A stretch of 64,000 nucleotides of DNA from Methanomicrobiales archaeon (GTDB lineage Archaea > Halobacteriota > Methanomicrobia > Methanomicrobiales > Methanospirillaceae), in the NCBI GenBank assembly GCA_037137755.1, contig JBAXJR010000003.1, positions 32,001 through 96,000 on the forward strand, written 5' to 3'. Below, in pieces: positions 61,494-64,000 of the stretch. Numbering within the stretch: the stretch's first letter is position 1; every line of letters begins with the position of its first letter. The translations under genes were made by a program, and so were the position numbers. The notes beneath the pieces are model-generated. The model did no database searches and was not told where the DNA came from. It worked only from the letters and a program-made list of their open reading frames with translations.

Positions 61494-61958
61494 TTATCCA
61501 TAGAGGTACGCCTGTAACCCTATAAATGGCGGGAGGTCAGAGATGTGCAGGCCTGAGGCCCAGGCTACCGCACGTTCAAGGAATATATCTGATTTACATC
61601 GTAATGCAATGGCAATCCCATCGCTCGGGCGGCAGTCTATCATTTCTACCTGGTTGTCCCGGTAGAGCATGAGGTTTGCATAGTATACCCCATCTTCGAG
61701 AGAATCGATATGAAGTGCCCTCAGTGAGACCTGGTAACGGTTGAAGAAGTCAAGAAAAAGGTCATGTGTCAGGGGTCGTGGGGCAATTTCGTTCTGTAAT
61801 GCAGTATGTATGGAAATTGCTTCCCAAAGTCCGATATATATCGGGACGCAGGTGTCACTCGTTACATCAAGAATAACAGCAGGTGAAGTACCGCCTTGTG
61901 ATACAGCGACAAAAACCCCCCTGACACTACAGGGAATCAGATCCATGTGAGGATCCAT
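61494..61958 (-). CDS. Bifunctional nuclease (DUF151) family protein
   Basis: PIYIG.WEA, RPLTHDL, DCRPSDGIAIALR. Confidence 0.92.
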   Translation of the reverse strand: MDPHMDLIPCSVRGVFVAVSQGGTSPAVILDVTSDTCVPIYIGLWEAISIHTALQNEIAPRPLTHDLFLDFFNRYQVSLRALHIDSLEDGVYYANLMLYRDNQVEMIDCRPSDGIAIALRCKSDIFLERAVAWASGLHISDLPPFIGLQAYLYG

Positions 61959-62006
61959 CTGTCTGAATGATGATAAAGAGTTCGCGTCATATGCAGTCTT
62001 ATATCA

Positions 62007-62582
62007 TCAGACCGCAAAAAGGTCCCGGTTCCCAACAATCCTGAGAACCCCTGCTCTGAGTGCTGCATCGAGCCATCCATGACCATAACTGAAACAAGCG
62101 AGTGCATCCTCATACCGTTCTATCCGCAAAAACATTCCCCCCCCCGCCAAATAGGTTGTTGCAACAGCAATTACCCGTTCACCACCTTCATACCAGCAGA
62201 TACCTGTCTCGGAACCGGGTTTTGAGGATCTTGTAGCACTATTGAGAAGCCGCTGGTACCGGCAGGCCTTTTCAACAAGCTGGTGGTTACAATTGACCGG
62301 GATTGAAGTACCGTCTGACAACAGGTTTCTGCAAAGAGGTTGCCCGGATGTAATGATACCTATATAGCGACCGGTATCCAGCCAGCCTGCAGCATATGCA
62401 AAACTTGCAAGTGCATTAACCGGGTCATCCCTGGCCGAAAAACTGTTGCCGTCTTTTTGGTAGCATTGAGCCATGCCGAGAATCTCACTGCCGGCACGAG
62501 CAAGCAGGCTTTTTTGGGGCGCCAGAATATCAGAATGCTCTAAATTCCAGGTTAAATCCTTATGAAACGTTCTGATTTCCAT
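62007..62582 (-). CDS. Tandem DUF357 domain protein
   Basis: Two units: [14 protein letters not shown] and [15 protein letters not shown]. Confidence 0.85.
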   Translation of the reverse strand: MEIRTFHKDLTWNLEHSDILAPQKSLLARAGSEILGMAQCYQKDGNSFSARDDPVNALASFAYAAGWLDTGRYIGIITSGQPLCRNLLSDGTSIPVNCNHQLVEKACRYQRLLNSATRSSKPGSETGICWYEGGERVIAVATTYLAGGGMFLRIERYEDALACFSYGHGWLDAALRAGVLRIVGNRDLFAV

Positions 62583-63327
62583 AACCCGCAAACACCTCCA
62601 GGTATTCCCGCTCCATATCATGGAGTCCTGCAGGAATCAACATTATATGAAGCGGGCCGCCAAAATTGGCCTCTTTCATTGTAGCAGCCCCTCCTGCCAG
62701 TACCATTGGTTCGGGTGAACCAGCCCGTGCTATCCCGATATAGCAGGGAATTTGAAACCCTGCTTCAAAAACCATTGGTTCGAGGAGGTTTACTGCCTCG
62801 TGGATTGTCATATACCGCTTCTCCTGGATATCCAGGTAGACAATGGTGTGCAGGTTATCCTCCTGGTTTTTCCTGATCACATCAGCAGGTGTTGTCGGGC
62901 ACCATTTACCGTGGGGAAATGGAAGTGAGCAGGACTTTCCAAACCGGTAATTCTGCAACCCGGAAAGACCACAGACCGCAGATACAATTGATGATCCATG
63001 GATTATCTCTGTCCTGATCCCCATGTGCGCAGCCCTGATTCGTAGATCGATGTGGGTAGTGGAGACCATCGGATCTCCTCCGGTAAGGAAGACCACATTT
63101 TTTGTCAGCGCGTGAGTGAGGAATATCTCAGGGTGTTGTTCCACGTCGTCCCTTTTCAGGACCTTCAGTTCTGTACCATAGTAGTTCACCATCGCTTCCC
63201 GTGAGGTCCCGGTGAGAAGCGAGGTATATGCTTCAAGATAGACCTGATCTGCATTTCTTATAGCCTTTAAACCCTTCGCTGATACGTCTTCAAGATCATA
63301 GAGCCCAAGCCCGACAAAAGTAAGCAT
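62560..63327 (-). CDS. dph5: Diphthine synthase
   Basis: [43 protein letters not shown]. Confidence 0.95.
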   Translation of the reverse strand: MLTFVGLGLYDLEDVSAKGLKAIRNADQVYLEAYTSLLTGTSREAMVNYYGTELKVLKRDDVEQHPEIFLTHALTKNVVFLTGGDPMVSTTHIDLRIRAAHMGIRTEIIHGSSIVSAVCGLSGLQNYRFGKSCSLPFPHGKWCPTTPADVIRKNQEDNLHTIVYLDIQEKRYMTIHEAVNLLEPMVFEAGFQIPCYIGIARAGSPEPMVLAGGAATMKEANFGGPLHIMLIPAGLHDMEREYLEVFAGYGNQNVS

Positions 63328-63423
63328 CTTATCATCGCCGTCCTTTATTGCGTTTCCTGGTGGTATTACAATACCTTTAGTTCAGTGTGATTATTGAACG
63401 TATACTGGTACTAGTCCCCGGTC

Positions 63424-63918
63424 TCAACATCCAGGTCCCTCTTCCTCATTTTCTTCAATGTGAAGTGCAGATTTGCGGGGTTCTAGATATTCCTGTTCTG
63501 TGCTCCATACTACAAAACGTGTCAATCCGGGAGAAAATGCTGGCTTATCTCCTCCGGTCATTCCTTGTGGGATTGGCTCAGCAGAGACAAGGTGTCCGTT
63601 ATGGATCACATAGAGGCGGCGGAAAGGCCAGTCCTCTTCAGGTTTGATCTCCCGGTCATAATAGACCTGCCTTGCAAAGGCGAGTGTGCAGTAATTTCTG
63701 CCAGGGAACTCGAACAGGACGTCCTGCATGTAGCGGCGTATATACCAGCGCAGTTCTCCTGCAATGGATAAGCCGCTTACAAGTGATTCGATTGGGATGA
63801 TCACCCCTCCCGGCCTTTCTTTCGGGTGATAAAACCGTAATGCCTCCCTGGAGGTCTCGGAGGCATAGAGTGTGTGATGGAGGTCGATACCTTCACGCTG
63901 GAGAAAAAATATGTTCAT
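63424..63918 (-). CDS. Conserved euryarchaeal hypothetical protein (DUF5804-like)
   Basis: DL...L..SETSR.AL.FY, L....EL.WY.RRY. Confidence 0.65.
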   Translation of the reverse strand: MNIFFLQREGIDLHHTLYASETSREALRFYHPKERPGGVIIPIESLVSGLSIAGELRWYIRRYMQDVLFEFPGRNYCTLAFARQVYYDREIKPEEDWPFRRLYVIHNGHLVSAEPIPQGMTGGDKPAFSPGLTRFVVWSTEQEYLEPRKSALHIEENEEEGPGC

Positions 63919-64000
63919 TCGAGCTATTCCAAGAGAATAATCCATTTTTCAATAATAAAATACTGCGCTGTGCCGACAGCTGGAATACTTATCAATTAGG

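Noticed and set aside
1-64000. CRISPR arrays, tRNA/rRNA genes, IS elements, provirus
   Set aside because: No regularly spaced repeats, cloverleafs, rRNA sequence, transposase, integrase or capsid genes recognised by eye

Overview
Archaeal chromosomal window. Gene content points to a hydrogenotrophic methanogen, probably Methanomicrobiales (inference from Tes, CarS, Dph5, archaeal DnaG/NusA, KorDABG and FprA). 0-20 kb is a variable surface locus: seven type IV pilin-like genes with interchangeable C-terminal modules (LamG, PKD, SdrD-B-like, IPT/TIG), one frameshifted tandem duplicate, a low-GC segment starting inside a pilin gene, two toxin-antitoxin pairs, a PilB/PilC assembly pair, divergent KaiC-like ATPases and a decayed sensor/KaiC-like pair. 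20-64 kb is mostly housekeeping: fumAB-korDABG-sucCD, kup, carS-pyrE-purD-argF head-to-head with tes, ala, dnaG, pyrC, an HAE3 RND transporter, fprA, leuCDB, nusA-hisE and dph5. The two strongest leads are (1) a compact nitrogenase-like operon (NifH-like plus two short D/K-like subunits with all six P-cluster-type cysteines) that fits neither Nif nor CfbCD, and (2) an unannotated two-hairpin box H/ACA guide RNA candidate at about 46151-46352 (minus strand). I saw no CRISPR array, rRNA, tRNA, transposase, integrase or reverse transcriptase. All family calls come from motif recognition by eye, not database searches.
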